A DNA stretch of 20,000 bases, taken from an uncultured virus (IMG/VR IMGVR_UViG_3300008113_011532) (Duplodnaviria; Heunggongvirae; Uroviricota; Caudoviricetes). Shown one piece after another: positions 1-8,052 of this stretch. Positions within the stretch are counted from its first letter, which is position 1, and each line of letters opens with the position of its first letter. Location of the stretch: IMG/VR virus record IMGVR_UViG_3300008113_011532. One strand, written 5' to 3'. Under the pieces are notes generated by a model. That model saw only the letters and a program-made list of their open reading frames with translations. It searched no databases and was not told where the DNA came from. A program made the translations under genes and the position numbers.

Positions 1-1
1 C

Positions 2-1018
2 GCCTACGTACTGATAGACAATGTGCAAGTGACCGCTTGTCCAGTTGTGGTGCCATCGGTTTCTATCGTCACAAGTTCTAGCACCATATGCCTCGGAAAT
101 TCGGTGACATTCACCGCGACACCGACGAACGGTGGTGCCGCGCCAAGCTACCAATGGAGATTGAATGGCGCAAACGTTGGAACGAATTCGAGTACATATA
201 CTAACTCCGGGTTGGCAAACAACGACGTCGTTTCGTGTGTCCTTACATCAAATGCCGATTGTGCTAGCCCAACCATCGCGACAAGCAACTCGGTCACGAC
301 GCAAGTAGACCAACCATCGGCCGGCGGAACGGCCGCCAGCGACCAGACGGTCTACTCGGGACAGAACCCGGCCGACGTCTCGGTATCGGGCACAACAGGC
401 TCGGTCACGAAATGGCAGAGCTCCCTCGACAACCTGTTCACCACGTACTCCGACATCGCGGTGTCGAACTCTACGCTACTCGGGACGCAGATAGGCGTAC
501 TGACGCAGACAACCTACCTCAGGGCAGTGGTACAGAACGGCACTTGCCCAAGCGCGAACTCGGCCTACCTCACGCTGACCGTGGCACAGCCGCTGCCAAT
601 CGAGCTACTGTACCTAAAGGGCAAGGCGGTCGAAAAAGGAAACCTGATCGAATGGGCCACGGCGACGGAGCAGAACAACGACTACTTCACTCTGCTCTGG
701 TCCGACAACGGCCACAACTTCGCGGCAATAACCAGGATCCCAGGCGCAGGAAACTCTGTCAGGACACTTGAGTACCAGTACGTCGACGAGACGCCAAGCA
801 AGGGAGTGAACTACTACAAGCTCAGGCAGACAGACTACGACGGGAAATTCGAGGACAGCGAGATAATCTCAGTATTCTCGGACAAAGACTCGACACCGAC
901 AATCGTTGACTGCAGGAACGTGCTAGGCCAGAAGGTCAGCCCTGACGAGACAGGCGTCGTCATACTCACACTAAGCAAGGGAAATACCGTCTACGTAGTC
1001 AAAAAGGTCAACTATTAA
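2..1018 (+). CDS. 5'-truncated Bacteroidota-type secreted/surface protein (Ig/PKD-like repeats, 'LPIEL' domain, short T9SS C-terminal-domain-like tail)
   Basis: Frame is open from the window edge (AYVLIDNVQVTACP...). Ig-like repeat 'ICLGNSVTFTATPTNGGAAPSYQW'. The segment 'PLPIELLYLKG...WATATEQNNDYF...GAGNS...NYYKLRQTDYDG' is the domain typically found before T9SS sorting domains. Tail is 'RNVLGQKV...VVKKVNY'. Confidence 0.75.
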   Translation, partial: AYVLIDNVQVTACPVVVPSVSIVTSSSTICLGNSVTFTATPTNGGAAPSYQWRLNGANVGTNSSTYTNSGLANNDVVSCVLTSNADCASPTIATSNSVTTQVDQPSAGGTAASDQTVYSGQNPADVSVSGTTGSVTKWQSSLDNLFTTYSDIAVSNSTLLGTQIGVLTQTTYLRAVVQNGTCPSANSAYLTLTVAQPLPIELLYLKGKAVEKGNLIEWATATEQNNDYFTLLWSDNGHNFAAITRIPGAGNSVRTLEYQYVDETPSKGVNYYKLRQTDYDGKFEDSEIISVFSDKDSTPTIVDCRNVLGQKVSPDETGVVILTLSKGNTVYVVKKVNY

Positions 1019-1032
1019 CCGTACATTGCGAT

Positions 1033-1218
1033 ATGACGGTAGAGGTATACACATCGGAGGAATGGGAATCGATCAGCGCGGTCGTAAAAGGCGAGTACGA
1101 ACACCTCGAGAAGGACGCGGTCCTGCTCAGGACAATCGAAGGCGAGGACTGGAACGACTGCATGAGGCAGCACCACGAGCTTATGGGCTGGGAGCCCTAC
1201 AAGCCCTGGACCGATTAG
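1033..1218 (+). CDS. small hypothetical protein (61 aa)
   Basis: Codon usage matches the neighbours; TACATTGC (possible promoter variant) lies 3 nt upstream. Confidence 0.7.
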   Translation: MTVEVYTSEEWESISAVVKGEYEHLEKDAVLLRTIEGEDWNDCMRQHHELMGWEPYKPWTD

Positions 1219-1238
1219 GATAACCGGGTTTTTCTCCT

Positions 1239-1246
1239 TATATTAG
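1239..1246 (+). promoter_or_regulatory. Bacteroidota-type -7 promoter element variant (TATATTAG)
   Basis: Resembles TAnnTTTG; 4 nt before ATG 1251, the same spacing as other copies. Confidence 0.55.
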
Positions 1247-1250
1247 CCTT

Positions 1251-1658
1251 ATGGAACTTAAGGAACTCGCAAGGAGAATAGAATACGTGAACATCAGGGT
1301 TAAGAACATCAACCTCGGAGGCTGCGGCATATTCGCGCTCGAGCTCTACCGAATAATGAGGTTCGAGTTCGGGATGGAGACCGAAATCGTCTTCACCGGC
1401 TGGAGAGCCGGAAGGTCAATCGACTTCGAGCACATCATGCTAAGATACAAAGACACCTGGATAGACAGCAGGGGACTACACAACGACGGCCCTACCAAGA
1501 CCATGGACGTACACGAGCTGACCGAACTGGTCGAGGACAAAAGACGCTGGAACCACGCGTTCCACTTCTACTTCGAGAACCCTTACGGTGTCGTTACAAG
1601 CAACGCAAACCACCTGGTAAGGCAGATGAGGAACTACATCAGCGACAGGGTAAACTGA
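1251..1658 (+). CDS. hypothetical protein, possible Cys-His-Asp (papain/transglutaminase-like) fold
   Basis: 'INLGGCGIFALEL ... EHIML ... WIDSRG'. Confidence 0.6.
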   Translation: MELKELARRIEYVNIRVKNINLGGCGIFALELYRIMRFEFGMETEIVFTGWRAGRSIDFEHIMLRYKDTWIDSRGLHNDGPTKTMDVHELTELVEDKRRWNHAFHFYFENPYGVVTSNANHLVRQMRNYISDRVN

Positions 1659-1663
1659 ACATT

Positions 1664-2023
1664 ATGGACTCGAAACAAAGAATAGAAAGATGGGACTGCG
1701 TGGCGGTCGTATGCACGGCACCTTTCGAGGGCCTTCAAAAAGGATACACATACAGGGTAAACGGATCCGGCTGGCTCGACAACAACTCGGCCACCGAAAA
1801 GAAGGGCTGGGGAGTATGCCTGGAGGACGAATGGGTGGGCCTGATTGACGAAGACGGCAAATTCATAAAAGGTGGCTGGAAGAAGATGAGAAACAAGCCT
1901 TACTCCGAAAGGGTGAGATGGGTCTACGCGACTCTGCAAGAGCTAGAAGAGCACTTCATAACAGACCAAGAGAACTACGAGATACACGTGAGAGACGAAA
2001 GGCTAAAATCGCTGGGCATATGA
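1664..2023 (+). CDS. hypothetical protein with C-terminal RDERLKSLGI tag
   Basis: ORF track; ends ATA TGA overlapping the next ATG; 'VVC...LQKGYTYRV' resembles the next two ORFs. Confidence 0.8.
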   Translation: MDSKQRIERWDCVAVVCTAPFEGLQKGYTYRVNGSGWLDNNSATEKKGWGVCLEDEWVGLIDEDGKFIKGGWKKMRNKPYSERVRWVYATLQELEEHFITDQENYEIHVRDERLKSLGI

Positions 2024-2283
2024 AAGTGGTCTGCGCGAACCTGGGAGAGGATTTGGGATACGAAACCCACAACGAGGCGATTACAATCGGAAAGACGTAC
2101 CATGTCCATTCACAATGGCAGACATACGATTTAATTCGTTTGAAGGATGGACGTGCAACCGTAGAGAACGTCATATTGTATTCGATAATCAACGACGAAG
2201 GCAAAAGCGTAAAATACAACAAGAGGCTCTTCGTTAACCGCGATGAATGGAGGAATAAAAGAATAAACGAGCTAGGAATATGA
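2020..2283 (+). CDS. small beta-rich hypothetical protein (87 aa) with C-terminal RNKRINELGI tag
   Basis: ATG 2020 overlaps TGA 2021-2023; MKVVC...ITIGKTYHV...YSIINDEGKSVKY. Confidence 0.8.
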   Translation: MKVVCANLGEDLGYETHNEAITIGKTYHVHSQWQTYDLIRLKDGRATVENVILYSIINDEGKSVKYNKRLFVNRDEWRNKRINELGI

Positions 2284-2534
2284 GAGTGATGTGCATAAAG
2301 AACGAGGACGTAATGCGCATCTTCGGCACCCTTCCGCTCACACCAGGAAAGGTGTAAGAGGTAATCGCCTTTATGGAAATACCGTTCTCCGCGAACAGAC
2401 CACTCGACTCCAGAGACACCGTTTACACCGTGATCAACGACGAGGGCGAGGCGAGAATCTACTCTGCCGACATACTCAGAAGGCTCAGCAAGCAAGAGGA
2501 AAGAGAGCTAAGGCTTAAAAAGATAGGGATATAA
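2280..2534 (+). pseudogene. paralog of 2020-2283 with in-frame TAA at 2355-2357; C-terminal RELRLKKIGI tag
   Basis: Translation from ATG 2280: MRVMCIKNEDVMRIFGTLPLTPGKV*EVIAF...YTVINDEGEARIY...EERELRLKKIGI*. The stop sits where the paralog has Tyr (GKTYHV). Confidence 0.8.
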
Positions 2535-2538
2535 TCAC

Positions 2539-2546
2539 TATATTTA
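2539..2546 (+). promoter_or_regulatory. possible Bacteroidota-type -7 element (TATATTTA)
   Basis: Intergenic, upstream of an A-rich leader and ATG 2568. Confidence 0.4.
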
Positions 2547-2567
2547 GAACAACCAAAACCAAACGAC

Positions 2568-2999
2568 ATGAAGATTGACGGACAAAGACTACTATCGTCG
2601 CAAGACGCGCACCCGCTGAAGATGCAGACATGGATTGTCTCATTCTCGACAGACGAGGCAGAGGACCAAGCAGACGTGTTCGGCGTCAGGCTAGCGGACA
2701 TACCGAAAAGGCCAAACGCAATAAAAGGCGAGCCGGATCTCGTCTCGTGCAAGATCACCTTCATACTCGATATGAAAAAAGAAGCGATAACGTTCGAGAG
2801 GCTACAGTTCGGATGCGACGTATACGGCGAGAACCCGGTCGCGGAGGCGGACGATGAGAAGATAGGCCAATGGCTACCGATGAAGAAGATAGCGTTCAGG
2901 AAATACGAGATAAACGAGGAGCTGGTCGAGGGCACATACCCGAGGAACGCCATCGTCGACGCGCTCAAGCAGACAATGTTCAAATCTGGCAGACTATGA
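2568..2999 (+). CDS. hypothetical protein (143 aa)
   Basis: ORF track; A-rich leader; ATGA overlap with the next gene. Confidence 0.75.
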   Translation: MKIDGQRLLSSQDAHPLKMQTWIVSFSTDEAEDQADVFGVRLADIPKRPNAIKGEPDLVSCKITFILDMKKEAITFERLQFGCDVYGENPVAEADDEKIGQWLPMKKIAFRKYEINEELVEGTYPRNAIVDALKQTMFKSGRL

Positions 3000-3373
3000 G
3001 ATACAACGACAGGAACTTCTCAAAGTTCCAGGAAAGGCAGAGGAACGGAGACGAACTGGAAAACTGGTTAAGAGTAAGCGAGAGAAAGATACGAAGGGAA
3101 AGAGACCACAGGCACGCCACCTTCTACATGCAGTGCCTCACCAAATTCTTCGAGAAGGAATGGTGGCTGGCGCTCGAGACGAGGGACAAAGAGCAAGTGT
3201 ACACATCTTACTACAACCAGGAGGAGATGCGGAAGGAGGAAGACGATGCACATATGTGGTCAAACTTCGAGTGGTTCGACACATGGGACGAGTGGAGGCA
3301 GCACATCCTCGACACGGTAAAGCCAAACAAGGCAAAGCTAAGAGAGCTCAGGGTCAAGAAGCTGGGACTTTAA
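2996..3373 (+). CDS. hypothetical protein (125 aa) with C-terminal RELRVKKLGL tag
   Basis: ATG 2996 overlaps TGA 2997-2999; MRYNDRNF... Confidence 0.8.
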   Translation: MRYNDRNFSKFQERQRNGDELENWLRVSERKIRRERDHRHATFYMQCLTKFFEKEWWLALETRDKEQVYTSYYNQEEMRKEEDDAHMWSNFEWFDTWDEWRQHILDTVKPNKAKLRELRVKKLGL

Positions 3374-3403
3374 ACTTCGTTCGAAACCTGCCGTATAAAA
3401 AGC

Positions 3404-4138
3404 ATGAACACAGAAGACAAACTCAAGGCGATCTGTAACTATAGTCACAAAGATATGGCTACACCGTCAGCGCAGATGATAAGTTACATAGACTTCGAGA
3501 CATACGACACACAGAAGAAGAAACAAGCCAAGCGAAACCTGCTCATAAACGAGCTACTGGACATCGAGGAGGAGAGTAACTACTCCGATTCAGAAATAAA
3601 TCTGGACTCGAAGTATGATGTTACTGCACCGAAGGTGATGCAAACAGCCGTACAAGGTAACAGACACACATCAGTAGACTACGGAAAGGATCTACTACTC
3701 AATGACGTAATAACAAAGTTGGTCACGGACACCACAACGCCGGACCCGATGTTACCGAAACTCACGCTTAGCACCGACGACACAAAGCCACACTTCGAGA
3801 ACATGCAGACTATGGCTAGACGGATTATTACACGAATAATGCACGCCAACAACAAGATTGCAATAGAAGGAAGAATAGGTCCAGGTAATGCAATACTACT
3901 ATCACCAAAGACCGAATTCGATTTACAAAATGTGGACATCGACCAGTATATGACCGGATTTACGATAACCAGAGTAGTAGACCAAAGGATACCAGACGGA
4001 AGGATAATAGTTTGCCGTGGCGGAAATCCGACAGATGCAGGCCTTATAGCTATGACAACACAGACTTACTCATATATGCACGCAACAGACAAATACCTGT
4101 CACAGTATGCTTGGTTCGAAATAGATTTACAATACTGA
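3404..4138 (+). CDS. hypothetical protein with a C-terminal region resembling part of T4-like major capsid protein gp23
   Basis: 'IITRIMHANNKIAIEGRIGPGNAILLSP' and 'VVDQRIPDGRIIVCRGGNPTDAGLIAM' recall the gp23 segments 'AN.IA..TRRG.GN.II.S' and 'V..D......VGYKG....DAGL'. Internal KRNLLINELL is tag-like. Confidence 0.55.
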   Translation: MNTEDKLKAICNYSHKDMATPSAQMISYIDFETYDTQKKKQAKRNLLINELLDIEEESNYSDSEINLDSKYDVTAPKVMQTAVQGNRHTSVDYGKDLLLNDVITKLVTDTTTPDPMLPKLTLSTDDTKPHFENMQTMARRIITRIMHANNKIAIEGRIGPGNAILLSPKTEFDLQNVDIDQYMTGFTITRVVDQRIPDGRIIVCRGGNPTDAGLIAMTTQTYSYMHATDKYLSQYAWFEIDLQY

Positions 4139-4161
4139 CAAACAAATAAACAAAATATTAG

Positions 4162-5031
4162 ATGGAACAAAGTAGACCAATCAACGTACTTTCACTATTC
4201 GACGGAATGTCGTGTGGACAGATTGCAATCAACAAACTCGGAATAAAATACGACAACTACTTCGCGTCAGAGATTGACAAATGGGCAATGCAGATAACGA
4301 AGAAGAACTACCCGAACACGATCCACATCGGAGACGTAAGGGACGTCAAAGGAGAAGACCTTCCCCAGATAGACCTTCTGATTGGTGGAAGTCCGTGTCA
4401 ATCTTTCTCGAACGCCGGTAACGGAAAAGGATTCGAGGGTAAGAGTGGAATCTTCTGGGAGTACGTCAGGCTGCTCAAAGAGGTCAAGCCTAAGTACTTC
4501 ATGCTCGAGAACGTCAGGATGAAGAAGGAGTGGCAGGACGTCATCACGGAGGCGCTCGGCGTCGAGCCCATCATGATAAACTCTAGCCTCGTGAGCGCGC
4601 AGAACCGCCCGAGGTTCTACTGGACCAACATACCGGGCATAACGCAGCCTGAGGACAAAGGGCTCGTTACGCGCGACGTTCTCGAGAAGGACGAGGACGT
4701 AGACCCGGCTTACCAGCTCACGCCAACGGCGTACGCGTACATGGACCGCGAGAGGAACGGCAAGTCGAGGTGGAACTACCACAAGAACCCGCTCGACGGA
4801 AAGGCGGCGTGCGTCGTCGCAGGATACGCAAAGATGGCGGGCTTCGCTGTACTCGACTACAGAAACCTCGGAAAGCCGTGCAGAAGACTGACGCCGAGGG
4901 AATGCGAGAGACTTCAGACCGTGCCAGACGACTACACGGAAGGCGTGTCAAAGACGCAACGCTATTTGATGATCGGCAACGGATGGACCGTCGACGTCAT
5001 CGCGCACATTCTATCACATATGGAACTATGA
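4162..5031 (+). CDS. DNA (cytosine-5)-methyltransferase
   Basis: Motif I 'VLSLFDGMSCG', catalytic 'GGSPCQ', 'ENV', 'QNRPR', 'LTPRECERLQ', motif X 'IGNGW'. Confidence 0.95.
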   Translation: MEQSRPINVLSLFDGMSCGQIAINKLGIKYDNYFASEIDKWAMQITKKNYPNTIHIGDVRDVKGEDLPQIDLLIGGSPCQSFSNAGNGKGFEGKSGIFWEYVRLLKEVKPKYFMLENVRMKKEWQDVITEALGVEPIMINSSLVSAQNRPRFYWTNIPGITQPEDKGLVTRDVLEKDEDVDPAYQLTPTAYAYMDRERNGKSRWNYHKNPLDGKAACVVAGYAKMAGFAVLDYRNLGKPCRRLTPRECERLQTVPDDYTEGVSKTQRYLMIGNGWTVDVIAHILSHMEL

Positions 5032-5204
5032 CAGAAGACGACGAAAACATGAGAGAGGCCGAGAAGTGGTTCGAAGACTATATGGAACTCGCGGGCCACA
5101 CAAACCCTACGATAAGAGACGCCTTCATAACCGGTTGGAACCAACACAGAGCGAAGTGCAAGAACCTTTACTCGATGGAGGATATAAAGAATATAATAAA
5201 CTAA
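5028..5204 (+). CDS. small hypothetical protein (58 aa)
   Basis: ATG 5028 overlaps the methyltransferase stop; MTEDDENMREAEKWF...AFITGWN. Confidence 0.65.
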   Translation: MTEDDENMREAEKWFEDYMELAGHTNPTIRDAFITGWNQHRAKCKNLYSMEDIKNIIN

Positions 5205-5214
5205 AAAGAACAAC

Positions 5215-5754
5215 ATGGCAAATTACTGTTCATTCAGCACAGACATCAGCGGCGCGCCAGAAAAGCTGGCAGAGCTCTACAAAAGACTAGGCGAAGACGG
5301 AAGGATCGGATACGACGACTACAACAAGATCTTCGACGAGGCCGCACCTGAGGGATTCGAGTGGGGAACCAAATGGGTCGAGTACAGCGTAAGCTACGAC
5401 GAAGGCCACGATTGGATGTCAATCACCGGAGACACGGCATGGTATCCGGCGTCAGGACTTTGGCAGAGGATATCCGAGAAGTACGAAACATCGGTCGAAA
5501 CTACTTACTCCGAGCCTGGAGGAGACTTCGCTGGTAGAGACGAGTGGGAAAACGGCGAGAAGACGTTCAGCGAGGAGACAACCTACAACGAGCACCTCTA
5601 CTACAACGACAACGAGTACTTCTGGGACAACATCACCAACGACTGCGCAGACCTAGAGCTTGACGAGGTGATTGACGGTCTCGGCGAGCTCTACGAAAAG
5701 ATGAGCGACAACGAGAAGCAAAGACTCGCAGAGATACACGAAAGAGAGAACTAG
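5215..5754 (+). CDS. YubB/DUF1281-like ferredoxin-fold phage protein
   Basis: 'MANYC', 'WGTKW', 'DTAWYP', 'YSEPGGDFAG' signature. Confidence 0.75.
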   Translation: MANYCSFSTDISGAPEKLAELYKRLGEDGRIGYDDYNKIFDEAAPEGFEWGTKWVEYSVSYDEGHDWMSITGDTAWYPASGLWQRISEKYETSVETTYSEPGGDFAGRDEWENGEKTFSEETTYNEHLYYNDNEYFWDNITNDCADLELDEVIDGLGELYEKMSDNEKQRLAEIHEREN

Positions 5755-5783
5755 AAAAGGCAGTCGAAAGACTGCCTTTTTTT
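5755..5783 (+). terminator. intrinsic terminator (potentially bidirectional)
   Basis: AAAAGGCAGTC-GAAA-GACTGCCTTTT-TTT immediately after stop 5754. Confidence 0.9.
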
Positions 5784-5843
5784 GTTCAACTGAACTGAGT
5801 GTTCATTGTCACTGAACGCCTTCGTAAACTGAACGCGAGGAGT

Positions 5844-5852
5844 TAATATATA
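5844..5852 (+). promoter_or_regulatory. putative phage late promoter TAATATATA
   Basis: Recurs 5 times, each directly before a gene carrying the N-terminal tag; 4 nt before ATG 5857. Confidence 0.6.
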
Positions 5853-5856
5853 AGTG

Positions 5857-6474
5857 ATGAGATACGTATTGACCTTCGAGAAGTTCGACAAAGTCGCCTT
5901 CCACGGATACCAGATGACGCCGCAGGACATGCGCCTGCCCGACTGCGAAGTGGAATGGAAAGGGCCCGACCAAGAGACCGGGTGTCCGATGTTCTCGAAC
6001 GAGAAGAGGATAACACAGGAGGATCTCGAGAAGGCAATCACTTTCCTTAACGAGGAAGACGTAAGGACAATCATAGGATACTCAAGAGGCGGCGCGATAC
6101 TTCTGAGCGCACTCGCCAGCGGCGCGAGGATACCAGAAGAGATTTATCTCGTAGCACCGGCGTGGGCAAGGCAGTGGGCCGACATAAAGCCGATGCCTAT
6201 AAGAAAGAAGGGCTGCATAATACACGGCGGGCTTGACGACAAGGTTCCGTTGAGGCACTCCGCCATCCTGGCCAAGTCGACAGGGCTGCCGCTGTACGTA
6301 TTTCCTGACCGCAACCACGTCAACATACTCAAGCACAAAGACGACACGACCGGCGGAATAATGGTGAACCACCTAGACGAGGCAATCTCTAGCCTTCCCG
6401 ACTGGGGCAAGTCCGACACCGGAAGCAAGGAGCAGATCAAGCAGCAACGAGACTGGTGCTCGCGGCTGGGCTAG
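5857..6474 (+). CDS. alpha/beta hydrolase with N-terminal MRYVLTFEKF tag
   Basis: Nucleophile elbow 'IIGYSRGGA', acid 'IIHGGLDDKVP', His in 'RNHV'. Confidence 0.85.
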   Translation: MRYVLTFEKFDKVAFHGYQMTPQDMRLPDCEVEWKGPDQETGCPMFSNEKRITQEDLEKAITFLNEEDVRTIIGYSRGGAILLSALASGARIPEEIYLVAPAWARQWADIKPMPIRKKGCIIHGGLDDKVPLRHSAILAKSTGLPLYVFPDRNHVNILKHKDDTTGGIMVNHLDEAISSLPDWGKSDTGSKEQIKQQRDWCSRLG

Positions 6475-6509
6475 ATCCCGAGCTCTTCCAGCTTGCCTTT
6501 CCTGTTCAT
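6471..6509 (-). CDS. 12-aa tag-only mini-ORF or gene remnant MNRKGKLEELGI
   Basis: Minus strand reads ATG AAC AGG AAA GGC AAG CTG GAA GAG CTC GGG ATC TAG; frame is open 5 more codons upstream (LKTKS), then TAA. Confidence 0.5.
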   Translation of the reverse strand: MNRKGKLEELGI

Positions 6510-6520
6510 GGACTTTGTCT

Positions 6521-6766
6521 TCAGTTATTCATTTCAGATTCTATTGTGTTTGCCCCACCATGAGAATAACAAGCCAATGTTTCTTCACGTTCAAAATCCT
6601 TTGCAGTTACTTGCTCACATTCTTCTAATGATTTGCAAAGTTTTGAATCTCCATTAATAGTAACTACAAACCCTCTTTTAGTTTGTGTTCCATTTGAGTT
6701 TAAAAACATCATGCCAGCCCCAAGTTGCTTAGAGTTGTATTCTTTTACTGTTTGGATAGTTTTCAT
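6521..6766 (-). CDS. AT-rich hypothetical protein (81 aa, MKTIQTVKEYN...)
   Basis: ATG 6766 follows an A-rich leader and TATATTCG promoter; composition is distinctly AT-rich. Confidence 0.7.
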   Translation of the reverse strand: MKTIQTVKEYNSKQLGAGMMFLNSNGTQTKRGFVVTINGDSKLCKSLEECEQVTAKDFEREETLACYSHGGANTIESEMNN

Positions 6767-6791
6767 AACCTTTATTTTTGTTTTTTTTCGA

Positions 6792-6799
6792 CGAATATA
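6792..6799 (-). promoter_or_regulatory. Bacteroidota-type -7 element (TATATTCG)
   Basis: Reverse complement of cgaatata; upstream of ORF 6766-6521. Confidence 0.55.
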
Positions 6800-6838
6800 A
6801 CAAAAATACCGCAGAAACATATAAAGAACAAAGCTAAT

Positions 6839-7072
6839 ATGGCAAAAAACATGGCGAACACCTTCATTCCACCCGGACAGGCAACCATTGGTAATATCCA
6901 ACCCGACGCGATAGTAGCCAACGGCAAGTGCGTCCTCGGAAACCTCGTGCTCCACGACAGGAAGACCGGCAAGGAGTGGGAGATATTCATAGAGGACGGC
7001 GTCATCTACGCCGAGCCATGGGACAAGGAAGAGCGCCGCGACCACCGCATCGGTAAAGTGCTTGGTGAATAG
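6839..7072 (+). CDS. hypothetical protein (77 aa) with variant C-terminal tag RRDHRIGKVLGE
   Basis: ATG 6839 after an A-rich leader. Confidence 0.7.
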   Translation: MAKNMANTFIPPGQATIGNIQPDAIVANGKCVLGNLVLHDRKTGKEWEIFIEDGVIYAEPWDKEERRDHRIGKVLGE

Positions 7073-7084
7073 GATTTCTTTCGC

Positions 7085-7092
7085 TACCTTCG
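7085..7092 (+). promoter_or_regulatory. Bacteroidota-type -7 element (TACCTTCG)
   Basis: Intergenic; identical octamer at 12630-12637. Confidence 0.6.
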
Positions 7093-7108
7093 TAGAAAAT
7101 ATACTATT

Positions 7109-7582
7109 ATGAACGACGTCGAAGAAATCTACCAGTGCCTTCTCGAGAAGACATACCAGGACGCTATCCAGCTTGACATACTAATATCGAAAGTCTCCGA
7201 CAGAGACCTCATACTCGGCTTCTTGGTCGACCTGGCGATCAGGCACGAGGAGTACGAGTCGGACGAGGAGACAATAAAAGCCGCGATCGCGAACCTCACC
7301 GACAGCGACGGATTGGATCCCGTCTACGCCACCGAGTGCCACACGAGGTACATAGATCTTCTAAAGACGAAGAACGAGGAGAGCTTGGAGATAAACAAAT
7401 TCTCAATCGACACGCTATTCCTACTACTCGCGGAGGACACAGAAGGATACGAGACGACCGTCAACGCCTGCAACAACACCAAGGCACTTGATAAGCTCAA
7501 GGAGCAGCTGCTGGACGCCGAGGTCTACGAGAACATCGCGATAATCGACAAAAGAATAAAAGAGATAGAAGATGGACGATAA
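7109..7582 (+). CDS. acidic helical protein with C-terminal UVR (UvrB/UvrC)-like motif
   Basis: 'LKEQLLDAEVYENIAIIDKRIKEIE'. Confidence 0.65.
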   Translation: MNDVEEIYQCLLEKTYQDAIQLDILISKVSDRDLILGFLVDLAIRHEEYESDEETIKAAIANLTDSDGLDPVYATECHTRYIDLLKTKNEESLEINKFSIDTLFLLLAEDTEGYETTVNACNNTKALDKLKEQLLDAEVYENIAIIDKRIKEIEDGR

Positions 7583-7778
7583 GAAGTTCAGGCAGGCGCT
7601 AGACGAGATATCGGCGGGCCTGCTCACCGTAAAGTACACAGGCGACGCGTCGGACATCGGCAACGAGTTCGGCATACTAATCGGAAAGTTCCTCGACGGC
7701 GAGATGGGCTGGGACAAAGACGCGGTCATATCCGGCGTCAAGCACGGCATCTCACTAACCGACGGTACTCATGGATAG
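7572..7778 (+). CDS. small hypothetical protein (68 aa)
   Basis: Short overlaps with both neighbours; typical codon usage. Confidence 0.7.
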   Translation: MDDKKFRQALDEISAGLLTVKYTGDASDIGNEFGILIGKFLDGEMGWDKDAVISGVKHGISLTDGTHG

Positions 7779-8052
7779 CCTTCAGAAGGAGGCGCTGATG
7801 CGCAGCGCACAACAGATAATCGACGAGAATACAGCATTCGGTGGCAGCATCGTGACCGACGCCACGCCACAAGGGAATCACGAAAAGGCTTTCGACAAAA
7901 TGGGAAAGACCGACATAGTATGGGCGAACGTCTGGATCAATAACGAGGCACAACCCCACGATTATGCCATAACCGGCTGGAGATACCTGAAGAACCTGAA
8001 CGAATTGATTAAAGAGCACCGCGAGGAAAGAATGAAAGAGCTAGGGATATGA
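7771..8052 (+). CDS. hypothetical protein with C-terminal REERMKELGI tag
   Basis: ORF track; ATATGA coupling. Confidence 0.8.
   Translation: MDSLQKEALMRSAQQIIDENTAFGGSIVTDATPQGNHEKAFDKMGKTDIVWANVWINNEAQPHDYAITGWRYLKNLNELIKEHREERMKELGI

Noticed and set aside
2355..2357. Stop-codon reassignment suggested by the in-frame TAA
   Set aside because: TAA, TAG and TGA all terminate many genes at logical positions, including right after the tag; this is a single isolated case.
4162..5204. Complete restriction-modification operon
   Set aside because: No adjacent endonuclease; the methyltransferase appears to be a solitary phage enzyme.
6521..7072. Long versions of ORFs 6521-7045(-) and 6725-7072(+), and likewise the 1918, 2870, 4770 and 12833 starts
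   Set aside because: They run through promoters or neighbouring genes; downstream ATGs (6766, 6839, 2020, 2996, 5028, 13055) fit coupling and leader patterns.
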